From Epithemia pelagica (lineage: Eukaryota > Protista > Bacillariophyta), in the NCBI GenBank assembly GCA_946965045.2, contig OX337231.1, forward strand, positions 3,658,001-3,722,000: 64,000 bases of DNA. The letters run 5' to 3'. Positions 43,092-56,900 of the stretch are shown here, piece after piece. The notes below the pieces were generated by a model that saw only the letters and a program-made list of their open reading frames with translations, was not told the DNA's origin and ran no database searches. Each line of letters begins with the position of its first letter. Positions within the stretch are counted from its first letter, which is position 1. The translations under genes and the position numbers were made by a program.

Positions 43092-45692
43092 CGATTCGTA
43101 TCTGGATGCATACATTGAATTCACTTTGCACGTGTAGACGTTTGAGTTACTCTTTCCCCACAACGATTCTGTTCGTGACCGTATGCAACAACTCGACATT
43201 GGTGCCAAGGTGCGATTGCTCACATTCCATCGGGCGCATATTCAGGGCTCGGACCGGTGAAAGCTCGCGATACTAGCTCATGTATGATCAAATGGACGGT
43301 ACGGTTCATCGCGATTGTCTCTCCCTTCGAAATTGGTGCACCGCGCAAAGTTCACATAGATTGCCAAGGCAAAGCTGATATAGGTAAGACAGATCCAGAA
43401 AAAGGTCTTTGTACGGGGGATGCCTTGTTTTCCATAACATGGATAAATCACTTGGCGGATAGCTGTTTGCTCTATGTAGGTAGCACTTCGGAAGCTTCTG
43501 CTATGCCATACACCTGCAAATTAACACCGATGGACTCTTCAATATAGCGTACCTTAGGTTGCTCTCATCTAGCTTCGTCGTGTTACGAATGGTTCTAGGT
43601 AGATTGGGCAACGTCCAAGTGGACTGCTGCGGCTACGAATGTTACTAGATTGGGCGACGTCCATGTGGACTGCTGCGTCAAGACTTTCCCCATATCATCT
43701 AGGTAGAGCTTTACGAAGTAGGTGTCCTGATATTTCCCATACCTCTGGGCCAAAGAACTTAGTCATCTAGGAGTCTCTCTAGACCATCGCAAAGGATGAA
43801 ACCGTCTATTAGGTTGTAGCTGCGCCTAGTAATAGGTAGTTGTGGACGAGTTCATTCGATATTCGATTGACACTCCTACGTATTGTTTCTACTAGGTAGG
43901 TAAGTTGCATGAGATCCATGTGATGAAGAGCATATTATTATTATTATATCCGATATTATGGAGATGGGACACGTACGTAGGACCAAATAGTGGCGGAGAC
44001 CTTGTAGACATTTCATTATATGATGGAAGTTGAGGTTTTCGTAGTCGTAGTGACTGGGGCCATTTGCGAGATGTGCCACAATAACAAAGAATCAATGCCT
44101 CTCAACTCGATGCCCTCACCTTTTGTCTCAAGATCATAAAATCAATGATGGGACAAGAGACAACATTGCCGATGCCAGCATAGCTTTTCACCAACGAATC
44201 AAACACGTTGATATCAAACATAACAGAGACAACTGATGAGTGACAAAGAGGAGGGTTGATAGGCCAGGGCATACAGAATCAAGACCACCGAATCCAACGC
44301 AAGATCTATTCTTGGTTTCTTGAGATGCAGTATAGCCAAGGTACCTCAGATAAAATTGTGATTGGTGGGAGCGGTGTTCAGAGAGATCATCAACGTGTCA
44401 TCATGGTTTCATTCGCAAGACATCTTGTTTGTACCAGTACGGCTTGTGGATGATCGCTTGCTTGTTGACGCGATATACTTATCATATCTTCCTTGAGCGA
44501 TTGCGGTGTCAAGAACATGAATGGATTGATCCAACACCTGCCTCGTCGCCTGTCACTTTGCAGTGCAAGGCGTCTTCGCACCTCTTTTGGAAGAGGTGAA
44601 AGGTATCGATAAAGTCTACGCTTCCTGCAACGTTTACGATCAAAACAAGGAGTTTGAATGCTGATCCATCGTACCAAGCTGAAAGATGATCATCCAACAA
44701 CCAACCCAAAGCTGATTGATTGCGAATTGCGATTTGCAACATGAGCTCGGTTTCTGGTGCATAACTCAACCAGGGCAATTGTAAAAGGTGAAGTATCTGG
44801 GGTCATGTCGTAGGCGTGGCAGGATTTGAAGATCGGTTGGGCAAATTGACCCATTGGGAGTACGAGTATGGAGCCAAGGGTGTATATCTGCAATCTACAT
44901 GCAACTCCCACCATCCTTTCTCTCGTTTTCCTAGTCTATCAAATGATTGGTCTCTAAATAATGGCCATGATAGAAATTCCATGCAAGATAAAAGCTACCC
45001 AATGTCCAAGAACCCCGAATGAGAACGTATTTTATGGGAAACCGTCGGTAGGAGTTTGCCAATCTCATCTGCTGCCATTCAACATGTTCTGGTTTTTGTA
45101 TCAAGATTCAAGATAATCGCTGGGGGACATCAGTCTTGTACCCCCAGCAGTATCCGAGTGGCAGATGGATGATGCATGATGCATCCCACAGATGTGCCAA
45201 TGGCCAAGTACGTCATGGCAATCAGGGCACAAGCAAACGGTGCATTTCCGTGAACCTTGCGATTCTCCATTTCTGTGATAAAGCGAACTCAAAACTCAAT
45301 AGAAACAGTCGGAGGCCGAGAAGACCCAGTTCAAGAAGCTTTTACATCTTGTATCTTGTTGGCGGAAGTTGTATCAAGACACAGAAGATTCGATTGGTAT
45401 TTGGGACTATCATCAATAATTTTCCCACCATAGTACTGTTCAAATCCGTAAGACAATGGTGTAGGGCTAAGGGAGAAGGTCAAGGTAAAAAAAGGTAAAG
45501 GAAAATTATAAGGATCCGGGAGGGTTGACACCCGAGGATTTTAGTACGCCAGTAGGCGGTAAACGGTAGACTTTTGACAGTCCCCGCGGGTCAATGAGGG
45601 CATGACAAGGGTGAATGGACCATTGGACCGGACCTGCTTTGGGTAAGGGCGTGGCAGGAGGTACCGTCGTCGCCATACAGGCAACCGGAAAC

Positions 45693-48600
45693 CTACCCTC
45701 TGGTGAATCCGCAATTCAGACGACTGTCTTCTGGTTCCACTGACCGTAGGCCTTCATTGCCGGATAATACCATGCCACCCAAGAGGTATACTCTCGTGGC
45801 AGTGGGGAGACACTTCGTGAAAAGGTCTGCCAAGTTGCGGGTAGACTCGATCTTTCCCACTCGAATGACTTTCTTCGCCACAGCCTCTCGAACACGATGA
45901 TAACAAATTGACAGATGTTTCTTACTCAACACGGACTCAGGCCGTTGTGACTTGTTCACAACACTGTTGTTGTCACACATCATGTTCGTAGGGCCATCGA
46001 CAGGGATTCCGAACATTCGCAGCTTGAATCGGAGTGCCTCAACTGCTTCAAGACATGTCCTTGCCGCAATGAACTCGGCCCCAAATGTCGATGCTTCGAC
46101 TGTATTCTGGCGCTTACTGTACCAGAGAATCGGAGCCTGATTACAGAAGATTATATATCCTGTCTGGGACCTCCGAGTGATCATGTTACCGGCATGATCC
46201 GAGTCGACGAAGGCTGTGACCTGTACAGGAGTGCCCAAAGGCTCCGGCATATCCACCGGGAGCTCTTCGCCTTCCTCACCATAAAAATCAGTCCAGTCTT
46301 CATCCTTGAACCGGTCTTGCCGCATGGACATGAGTGAAGGGTGGAATATTGTGGACATATGTGGGTGCTTCCGAAGGTATGCAAATATGGAGTAGCAAGC
46401 CTCCAGATGGCCTTTTCGCGGCATGGCCTGGAAACTGGACAGCTGAGACACTTCTGTAAGAATGTCCACACGCCCAAGTTCTATCATCCAGCGAAAGGTC
46501 CCGATGTACCCTTGGAATTTTGCAACACCCTCCTCATCCAGCTCTTCCGTAACATCAAGCTCGGGACGGTAGTTCACATCATATGGCCGTGATATCTTTC
46601 CCTTAAGCTTTAGTCCCCGTTTGTCAAGCTCCTCGACGACATCAGCCACTGCTGCCTTGACATAATCGTCAGATGACATAGCCCAGCACTCGGCACCCTC
46701 CTTGTCAGTGAAAACCTTGATTGATGCTCCAAGGTACTGCTTTGGAGGTCCAAGGCTGTCTTCCTTCAGACGGAATTGTGCTGATATTGCGTCCATTATT
46801 GGTTTTGTATCATGTGAGAGGACGAGAATGTCGTCCACATAGACGAGCAGCATCTCATAGTATCGATCGCCATTTGATCTGGTATTCTCACGAATGTAAA
46901 CATCACTATCCCCTCGCGTCGGTTTGAACCCGAGAGATGTGAGTGACTGTGCAAAGAAGGACCGCCATGCTGCACCGGCAGACTTAAGGCCATACAGCGC
47001 TCGTGTAACTAGGAAGACGCATCCTTTGTCGGTCCCAAACTCATCACCGGCCACAGTCCAAATCTTCTCACGGGAAGGCGCGTTGAGGTAAGCGTTGCCG
47101 ATATCAGCCGCCATGATATCAAGGTCGTTGAGAGCCGCAACTAGGAAGGCAATGCGCACACTGTCCTGTGATCGAACTGGGGGCATCAGTGGTATGTCCA
47201 CCAGCGACAAAACGGGCTTTGCGCACCAGGCCAGTCATCTTGATATCAAATATCATATGACAGCGAATTTCTTGGTAGCCCACCAACTTCTTTCTAGCAT
47301 CGTCTCGGGTAGTGCCATCAAGCCATTTCTCAAATGCAATGCGGACGCGACTCATCTCTTTCTCGATGGCACGACGCCAAAAGTCATTACCATTTTGCGC
47401 ATCAAGCTTGTAGGCTTCCTCTACACTGTGAGGCAAACGGACACCAAACTTGTGCGTGGTCCGCCAATAGCGACTCTTGACCTTGGCAACGATCTGCTTG
47501 CGCTTCCTCAGGGTCTTGGCAACCCACCATTTGAAGGCAGGCTCGTGATCAATTTTGGAGGCGACAGCATACTCGGCAGTTTCAACTGGGCTGGCATTTT
47601 TCACCTCAGAGAGAGGCAGCCACGATGCGGTACCATCGGCCCATTCGACCTTGAGCTGCCATCCCTTGGTGGTAATAATGGGGCGTTGTTGCCCACCACG
47701 TGTCAAGATGGTTCCATCTGCAACGTTGATAGCATTGTTGTCTTTCCGATGGTCAATGATGGCTTTGAAGATGAGCTGACGTCTGCCTTCTGAGTCCACT
47801 TGCGAGAAGAGGTTTTCTGCAATGGTATTGGCAGCGTACTCATGGGGAATGCCATCAATTTCCACCTCGTATTTCCGTGTGTCAAGGTATGGGTTGTGAT
47901 GTCCCCGTCCGATCGGGCGACCATCCTCACCCTTTAACCGTTTGACCACGGTCCCCTTGCGCGGACTGCCATCAGGGCCAACATCAAAGAGGAGTTCAGC
48001 ACCAAGATATTCATCATAAACATTGGTGTCTTCCTCGATGTCACCAGCTAGTCCGTCTTTGTCAATAGGCTCAGGATTGTCAATTCCTTCGTCTATAGCA
48101 TTGAACTCATCCTCGACGTCTTCCTCATACAGCATTTCGGCTGTGTCTGAAGCGACAAAGTTGTCATCACGGAGTCGCTCGGTCAAACCAGAGTCAAGAT
48201 GTTCAAACTGTGTGCGGATATCATCCGACTTCAACTCTTGGTCAGTAACATGTTGTACCGTTGTGCAAGCCAGTACTTGCCCCTTGGCGTCAATGACCCA
48301 ATAACACAGAGCGGAACCAATTCTATGGGAGACGCCCAACCAGCGACCAGGCTTAGGATTCTCCTCTTTGTGAGGTGCGTCCCAGAACCAGACTCGGTCA
48401 TACAGATCGAAGTCAAGGTACTCAGAAATATCTGGGGTATCACCAAGCAAACGTTCCAAACCTGTCCGTCCTGTCTTATGATTGTAAGTGCGAGAAAATA
48501 CTTCAGCACACCAGACAAGGGCATAATCCCACAGGCGTCGCGGCATATTTTTCTTTCGCCTCTTGTCTCTCCAACGCCGACGTAATTCTCCAATCACTCG

Positions 48601-49878
48601 TTCACCCTTATTCTGGCGACTGTGATGTGGTTCAATGGATCGCATTTTGATTCGCAAGAAGCGAGCTCGTTTAGCAAAATCAGTTGCATGACCAATCATT
48701 GCGGAAGCATTGTCCGAAACCATCTCCCGTGGAACCCCAACATCCTCTGCCAACAGTCTCAACGTGTCACCGATGAGACGCTCTGCTCGGACAGGATATG
48801 CTACTGCAAAGTCATCGGTTGCATATACTTGGGCACACTTGTGTTGGTCTAAAGACTTGACCTTGAAATGCATCGTGTCAGTGTACATGGTTGTCCCAAG
48901 CCGTCGGTATTTCAAGGACAATAGGTCTGTCCGATACCGGCGACGAAGCGGATGCACCGCACTACGGACTCCATGTTGTGTAGTGACACGCAAGGTTGCT
49001 TTGGCTGTCTCAAGGCCACATCCAAAAATGTCACTGATTCGCTCTGGGGTTACTGCGGAATGGCGCTGGGTAATCATGGTCGAACCAACATCTGAGATGT
49101 TGACGCTTGTGATGATCCCACGTGCGAATGCTTCCAGGTCCAGTGCTGTTGAGACGTCACGCAAGATACGATAGTCGTCATCAGTGTTTTCATGGATTGG
49201 CTCAACAGTAGTATCAACGCCTGAGATTTCCTGATTCGGCTGAGCTGGTGACGACATGTCTTCATGTGGTGGCTCGTACTCATCATGGGGATCGAGATAA
49301 AGAACGTTACGGTCCCCGTTTGCTATGGCCTGCAGAACATCGTCCCGATCCGGTTTGTACGTGGAGAGGCCAACAAAGTTTCCGCGCCTTTGCAGTGGTA
49401 TAGTCAGTCCCCGAGCTCGATCCCGAATGCCGAGTTCACGATGGGGATCATAAGGGTCAGTGCAAAGTTCGAGGCCTGCATCGCGAGCAATATTGCCATT
49501 AAAGAGGGAATGTGCCATCTTGTCACCAAACCAAAGAGCAGCAGTCGAAACCAAATACATAACGTCACCTGCAGACAGCTGAATGGCAGTTGCTGCAGTG
49601 ACAACGTCGACACCAGTGGTGGTGGCATATGTGTCAAGGAAAGGGTCAACATCACACTTGTATCCGGAGTACTTAAGGACGGTGAAGTTTGATCCTGCAC
49701 AGTGCATATCTGCGTGACTGTCTTCATCCAGGAAGCTACGGTAATGTAGGGGCCTGGAGTCATTATGCACGAGATTGGACTGGATGGAGATACTGGTACT
49801 GGAGGCATTGGCACGCCGGAGGTTATGAACCTTCACAGGTGCTATACATGGCATTAGGGGGCTACCACTAAAAGCCAG
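45693..49878 (-). pseudogene. pol: E3 pol, split by a ~20-nt deletion near 47175 (ORFs 47119-49854 and 45693-47210)
   Basis: KARFVAGGHTTDAPSSIT lacks the expected YSSVVSR before DSVRIAFL and changes frame; EDSHAD protease, VSDN, VYVDD, VDSDHAG motifs present. Confidence 0.9.
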
Positions 49879-51414
49879 TCACGGGGCACCTTTGCGTTTC
49901 TTGCCAAAGGCACGAGGGCCAGTGGCTTCCTCGTCCTGGGCATCGTTGTTCTCACCAGCAGGTGGGGAAGCACCCGCATCAGAGGCATCAACGGAGGTCT
50001 CTGTTTGAAGTGCAGAGATTTTCTTGGACAGAGAACTGAGTTTCTTCTGGAGCGTCTTCAACTTGGGAGAGGATTTCTTGCCCGGAGAATGGGATCCCTT
50101 AGGCTTCTTTCGGTCCTTTTCCGACTGAATTTGCGGCCAGAGATCCTTTATCTTCATCCACTCATCCTTTGAGTAGCGACGAGTCAAGTCTGTAATATCA
50201 AGGTTGTTGTAAAAAAATTTATCACCTCGTGTCTCCTGGGCAATCTGAGAGAGATTCACAGAGGAGACAGAGGCCCGACCACGTGCAGGGCGGTGCGATG
50301 ACGTTCCGGCAGGAAAGAAATGGTCAACGTATTGAGAAACGCGAGCCACAGCATCTGCAAACGTGGTGATGGTACCGTCCATCAAAGTGGTGATGACAGC
50401 AGCGTTGAAGTCAGCCTTGTCGGTCTTGATTTTTTCACGGAGTAAACGGATTTGCTCGGCTTCAGGGACAGCAACATCATATTCACCTAGCAACGTGAAA
50501 GCTTCTTGGAGGTCAGTACTGAAACGTTCAAAGCTGTAGACAGCCTGGGAACGGTACACGGCCTTGTCGCGTTTCTTCCGAGCGTGCTCAACAATACGCT
50601 CTACTTGAGCTGTGCCGAGGAAGTGAGTACGGAGGGAGGCCATCATAGCACTGCCATCCTGAGAGGCGAGGTGTGATTTGATCCAAGTCTTGGCATTGGA
50701 GCCCGATAGAAGGCCAATAATATAATTCCCGACAGTTTTCTTGTCCTGATCCCAGCCTGGTCCGTCACGAATTGCTTCGTAAACAAGACGCTCCGTATCA
50801 TCAACGTATACGGTTGGGGGAGTAGGCTTGCGAACAACGTATGCCAATGGGATATCTAAGTTGCCTTTCTTGGCTCGGAGTTGGGCGAGTACAGCCTCCT
50901 CCCATTGGTGGAAATTATTTTCCCCCAGTTTGGGAGGCTCTGGCACATCAAGGGTGTCACCAGACATATCACCAATCTCAGACTTGGAGATGTATTCGTT
51001 CATGAGGGCTTCCGTAAAATCACCAGCAACGGGCTCTTGGTCCAGACGACGAAGTCGATCGCGAACATATTCGGTCAAAGCGTGAATCCTCATGTAGTGG
51101 AGGGCACCAAAGTTGGTGCCACCACGGGCATCACTTAAGGAATTAAAGTGTTTGAAGGTGTCACGAATATTGTCGATGGAATTCCCAAGCAACCGGATGT
51201 CACTTATGTTTGTAACTCCTTGTCGTAAAATGGCATATTTTTGACGTGGCACTAAGCGACAGACATCTAGAACCTGGTTGAGCTCGGGGTAAATGTGCTC
51301 AAAAAGGTGTGTCATCTGATCCTTTGTGGGTTGGAGATGACCAGAGATCCATCCTTGAGCTGTCAACGGATCAAGAGCATCCATTCCAGCAGGGGCCACG
51401 TATGGAGCTGCCAT
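49879..51414 (-). CDS. gag: E3 Gag, ends in UGA in frame with pol
   Basis: Homologous to E1/E4 gag (IPLAYVVR, LRTHFLG, FSTDLQEAF, EQIRLL); likely start ATG 51414. Confidence 0.88.
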   Translation of the reverse strand: MAAPYVAPAGMDALDPLTAQGWISGHLQPTKDQMTHLFEHIYPELNQVLDVCRLVPRQKYAILRQGVTNISDIRLLGNSIDNIRDTFKHFNSLSDARGGTNFGALHYMRIHALTEYVRDRLRRLDQEPVAGDFTEALMNEYISKSEIGDMSGDTLDVPEPPKLGENNFHQWEEAVLAQLRAKKGNLDIPLAYVVRKPTPPTVYVDDTERLVYEAIRDGPGWDQDKKTVGNYIIGLLSGSNAKTWIKSHLASQDGSAMMASLRTHFLGTAQVERIVEHARKKRDKAVYRSQAVYSFERFSTDLQEAFTLLGEYDVAVPEAEQIRLLREKIKTDKADFNAAVITTLMDGTITTFADAVARVSQYVDHFFPAGTSSHRPARGRASVSSVNLSQIAQETRGDKFFYNNLDITDLTRRYSKDEWMKIKDLWPQIQSEKDRKKPKGSHSPGKKSSPKLKTLQKKLSSLSKKISALQTETSVDASDAGASPPAGENNDAQDEEATGPRAFGKKRKGAP

Positions 51415-52141
51415 GATGATGATGAGGAGAAGACGTCCAATTGAAGTCACACGGTAAACTATGTACCTGGAATCAATGGATTTCAAAACTCTCTTCCGTA
51501 GTTCTTGTCTGTTTGTTTCACCTTGTGGGAGCCAACAGGGAGGTTTTGCAGGGAGCTTTCTGACACGAGAAATGCTTCCGCCAAAAATAAATTGACTATG
51601 ACTAGTGGTGGTCGTACTGCTTCCGAGAGTGATCAGCTCTCGTGGTTGCTCCTTGGGTAAGAGTGGACTGTTACCCACGAGCCCTATTCAGAACACAATT
51701 CCACTGATGTTTTGTGTATTTTCCACGGGTGGATGCTGAATGGACCAGATTTCTGGTTTTGCTGTTGGTCTCCGATCCTTGTACCTTGTAATTCCCAACG
51801 TTATTGGGTCTGATAAACTGTTCAAATCCGTAAGACAATGGTGTAGGGCTAAGGGAGAAGGTCAAGGTAAAAAAAAGGTAAAGGAAAATTATAAGGATCC
51901 GGGAGGGTTGACACCCGAGGATTTTAGTACGCCAGTAGGCGGTAAACGGTAGACTTTTGACAGTACCATTGGGATTTATCAAGAAACGCGACTGATGTTT
52001 AGCGAAATTTGGGCGAGTAGCTAGCCCATGAGGGCAGCATAGCTAAAGACTCACAAATACAATTTTTACCCTGATACCATGCTCGTAATTTGGTTTATCA
52101 GACCCAATTGACCTAATCACTGAGATGCTACTCCCACCATA

Positions 52142-52384
52142 GCCTGGGAAGGTCGCGAAATATCTAGATCATTCGCTTTGAGAATGACTGCCTAAGGTTG
52201 GATACCTGTACTCCCTTTTCTCTGCTAATATCTCGCCTGCAACGGGGCTCGAGATTGAGAAATGTGATGTGTGGTCGGCTTGTGCGCACGCATCGGGCAA
52301 TGGCGGACACGCCGTTCATCCTACCGTTGAAGGATGCCAGCTATACGGACACGTTCATTACTTAATGACGTGCGCCGTCCTAGC
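52142..52384 (+). ncRNA. Conserved structured leader RNA of E4 (homologous to 5339-5590)
   Basis: Same ordered motif blocks and covarying stems as in E1. Confidence 0.75.
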
Positions 52385-52518
52385 GAACATGCAAGCTCTC
52401 AACTCCGATTCTACTTTACTGCTCGCTCGCAGGTAGAAACGAAACAATGAGGTGAAGATACTCTGTATCGTCACTTTACTCGAAAGTCCGGAAGAGTTCC
52501 AGCTAACAAGTAACAACC

Positions 52519-53946
52519 ATGGCCGCTGTCTCTCCTCTCCAACTTCTAAACGTCTACATGGATGTGGTCCTACAGATCACCGATCCTGCAGTATGCAATG
52601 CCTTGAATGCCCAAGGATTAACATCTGTTTATGACTTTGACGCTTTGAGCGAAGATGATGTCGCCAAAATTTGCTCAAACGCCCGAAAGCCAGGAGGATT
52701 GATTGTCAATCCAGACCCTGCTGGAGTCCCAGCAATGATTGCCAATCCAGGAGTCCTAATTGGACACCTAGTTGAGAAGAAGCTCAAGATGTTGCGAAAC
52801 TACATCGTCCACATTGGCAAAATCAATCGTACCTTTGCCGCTGTACCTCCAACGCTGAATGATCTCACCATTCTCTACCGATTCAAGGAAGCTGAAGATG
52901 GACATGACAACGACATTGAACTTCCAGGCAAGCTGACATCCGTGGAAAACATCTGAGTGGTTTTAGAAGATCTTGATAACTATCTCGAATGCAAGCGGGG
53001 CGTGCCTGGCATTCCCTTGGCTGCCTATACCAGGGAAAACCCCACTGTTCCGAATGAAGCTGATGATCCTTACGGTTTTGGAAATCCAACGATCTTGGCA
53101 GAAATGATACGTCGAGCTCCGCATGAAGGACCAACTGCTGCTACCGATATGATAGCTGTTTGGGATGTGATTCGTCACATTACTCATGACGGACCTGGCT
53201 GGGGTTGGGTTATGCCTTTCAGTCGGACCAGGAATGGCCGAGCAGCATATTTGGCCCTAAAAGGGCATTACCTTGGTGACGCCTTTCAAGCTCGCTTGAG
53301 AGCAAAGGCAGATCAATTACTCGAGAGTACGTACTACGATGGCTCAAAAAGAAACTTCTCTTATGAGCACTTCATCGAAACCTTGCAACGCGCATTCACC
53401 GACTTGGAGTCGACTGGAGAAATTGTAAGCGAAGAACGAAAGGTTCGCCTCCTAATGACAGGAGTGAATGACTCAAGATTGGAAAGCGCTAAGAACCAAA
53501 TCTTAGCCACTCCGACACTCCGTGCTACCTTCGAGAATGCCTCCAATTTCTTGGCTGAAGTACTTGACAGTGAAGTCTCGTACAGTGCGGGAAGTTGTAA
53601 ACAGGCCCGCATCTCCTCAATCAACGCAACGCCAAGCAAAGGAAGAGGAAAGAATAATAAAAATAAAAAAAACAACGACGATAAGAAAGAAGTGACGGAC
53701 CGATACTATAAGCCTAATGAGTGGGCTAAGTTAACCGGCGAGGAACGACAACGTGTTCGCGATGCGCGCGAGAAACGAGACAAGAGACGAGGGGTCGGTG
53801 CTGTTTCCTCAGGCAAGAAAAGGAACAACCCCAACAACGATGAGACCCCTGATGTATCAGAGGAGTCATCCTCAGAAGAGAATAACAACGATACAAAAGG
53901 TATCGGCGCTGTTATGTCTCAAAGGAAGAAGAATCGTAACGTCTGA
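52519..53946 (+). pseudogene. gag: E4 gag interrupted by premature TGA at 52954-52956
   Basis: ENI*VVLEDLD aligns to E1 ENIRVVLEDLD (CGA to TGA); frame otherwise continuous. Confidence 0.9.
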
Positions 53947-56900
53947 CATCAATTGATGAGCGTACATTCTCACATGAATGAAATAACAGTACCGTTAGTG
54001 TACTGCGAATTGGACAGTCATGCCGACACATGCTGTCTCGGAAACGGTTGTTACGTCCTATACCAGACAGACACGGCCGACGTGAGTGGCTTTGTAGAAA
54101 GCCTTGGAAAGATCAAGGAAGCCGCAGTAGTCACTGGGGTTTTGGCATACGACGATGAAGAAAGCGGAAATACATACTTGCTCTATTTCCATCAAGCTCT
54201 ACATCTACCCCAACTGAAGAACCGTTGTCTCTTGAATCCCAACCAAATGAGAGAAGCGGGAGTCGAAGTACATGATATCCCTCTCAAGTATCTCAAACCT
54301 GAGCAACGAGACCATCGCTCCCACAGTCTAGTCGTAAGAGACGATGAAGAGAACGAGATGAAAATCCCTTTGGATCTCGTGGGTGTTTTGAGCCAGTTCA
54401 AGACACGGAAACCAACAAGTCAAGAGATGGAATCAATCGATCCAGCATTCAGGATCAATATGACCAATGATCGTCCGGAGTGGCAGCCGAATGACTCGAC
54501 AATAGATGTCGACGAAAGGACGCTCCGACAATCCATATCCAATGACATGCCCAAACCTGAACGCGAGAGGCAAGTGAATATTCGATTGACAAAATCAATG
54601 CGAATCAACAACCGCAGGATTTCCATTGCTGACATCTCCCATAGGAGAAAGGGGACTGTCAATGCAGCTGACATAGCGAAACGGTGGAACATTGGCCTAC
54701 CAAGCGCAGAACGTACTTTCAGTCAGACAACCCAATTGGGAGTACGAGATTTCTCTGGAGATTCAGAAGGAGGACGTAGATTGAAGCACACGGCATATCG
54801 GTTGCGTCATAGACGCTTGCGAGCCGACGTGTACACCGACACACTCTTCTCGGAGACAAAATCCCTTGACCAACACACATGTGGGCAAATCTTTGCGACG
54901 GATTTTGGCTGGGTACACTTCATACCCATGCGGTCCAAGAGTGAGGCGCCAGAGACATTGGCACCTGTTTTTGATGAGTATGGGATATTTAACCACATTG
55001 TCCCCGATAATGCTCCAGAATTGACATCACAATCCTTCCGTTGTGTCGCACACAAATACGGATGTCGGATCAAACCGGTTGAGGCATGGACGCCCAATCA
55101 GAACCTTGCCGAAGCCAATATACGGGAGCTCAAACGACTCCACCGAAGAGAAATGGGAAGAAGCGATGCTCCGGCAGTCTTATGGGATCACTGCCTAATG
55201 CTCATGGCTGAAAGACGCTCGCATACGGCATTCGCACAAGATGGCAGTGGCCCACCAATTCAACAACTGACCGGTGACACACCGGACATATCGCATATCG
55301 TCGAACATAAATGGTATGACTGGGTTTGGTGCGCCAATCCAGGAATAGAAGGACGTCAATTGGGCCATTGGTTGGGTCCAAGTCGTTCTGTTGGACAGGC
55401 AATGTGTGGAAAAATCCTGACAGAGAAAGGAAAGATAATTCACCGCACCTCAATATGGCCTGGCAAGAAAGAAACACTTTTGGATGATGCCTTCAAGGAA
55501 AGGCAGGAAGCCTACACGGCGCAACTCAAAGAGGCGCTCGGAGTCCGTATGGCCGGGATTTCTCTAGCTGAGAACGAACATGACGAGTTCGCAGATGATA
55601 CTCCTAGCTATGAGGCGTATGAAGACGACGAGCAAACAGACGTGCGTGTACCCGAGGTTGACGATTATGCACCAGATGCATACGACAAGTTAATCTCCGC
55701 AAAAGTCATGCTACCCTTAGGTGATATTCATCGAAAGGGGACTGTCCGAAAGCGCAAGAGAGATGGAGATGGCAAGGTGATTGGTAGGGCATCCAATAAT
55801 CCCTACCTTGACACCACTCTCTATGAAGTCGAGTTCGATGATGGGTTGGTACAAACGTATGCCGCTAATATCATAGCGGAAAACATCTTTGAACAACTGG
55901 ATGATGAGGGTAACCTCTATCGAATAATTGACGAAATTATCGATCACAAGAGCGACAATACAGCGATCTCAATCGCTGATGGAGAATTCCAACTCAATGG
56001 TCGAACGCATAAGAAAAGGACAACGAAAGGATGGTTCTTGTGTGTTCAGTGGAAAGATGGCTCCACTAGCTGGGAAGCCGTTAAGGATATGAAAGAATCG
56101 TATCCGATTGAGGTGGCAGAATACGCCACCGCGAATCACATCGACAAAGAGCCAGCCTTTGCATGGTGGGTGCCGTTCACACTTCGTCCTCGACGAGCAA
56201 GACTTATAAAGGCAGCCACAAGCTCACGATATATGCGCAAGTGGCAAAAATATGGCATCGAAATACCGAAGACGGTAGAGCGAGCGCTCGAAATAGACCG
56301 TGAGACTGGCACTGACTATTGGCGTAAGGCTCTGCAATTGGAGATCTCGAAGATATTTCCTGCCGTGAAAATCCTCGAAGAAGGTGTTGGTGCACCAGTC
56401 GGGTATCAAACAATCCCTTGTCACATCGTCTTCGATGTCAAGATGGATTTCACCCGCAAGGCACGCTACGTCGCTGGTGGGCACAAAACTGAAGATCCTG
56501 AGACTCCCACATATGCAAGCGTGGTGAGCCGGGAAAGTGTGCGGATTGGATTCCTACTGGCCGCACTCAATGATTTGGAAGTTCTCACCGCCGATATTGC
56601 TGGTGCATATTTAAACGCACCTTGTCACGAAAAGGTCTGCACTGTCTGTGGCCTTGAATTCGGCGCTGAAAACAAAGGACGAATAGCCCTCATACAAAAG
56701 GCACTGTACGGGCTCAAAACGAGTGCATATGCATGGCGTGAGCACTTGTCTACGACACTGCACACAGCCCTTGGCTATCGATCCTGTCGTGCTGATCCCG
56801 ACGTATATTTAAGACCATCACAAAAGCCAAGTGGAGAAAAATACTATGAAATGATCTTTGTGTATACGGATGATGTGTTGATCGTGCCACACAAAGCAAT

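Larger units (their letters stand above)
45437..51962 (-). mobile_element. E3: full-length Ty1/Copia LTR retrotransposon, TG...CA LTRs, 4-bp TSD, frameshifted RT
   Basis: LTRs 45437-45579 and 51819-51962 differ by one A in a homopolymer; GTAC at 45433-45436 and 51963-51966; PBS 51804-51818; PPT ending ggggac. Confidence 0.96.

Noticed and set aside
44400-45430. LINE-like relic (QIAIRNQSALGW) at the E3/E4 target
   Set aside because: Only one weak motif; not enough to annotate.
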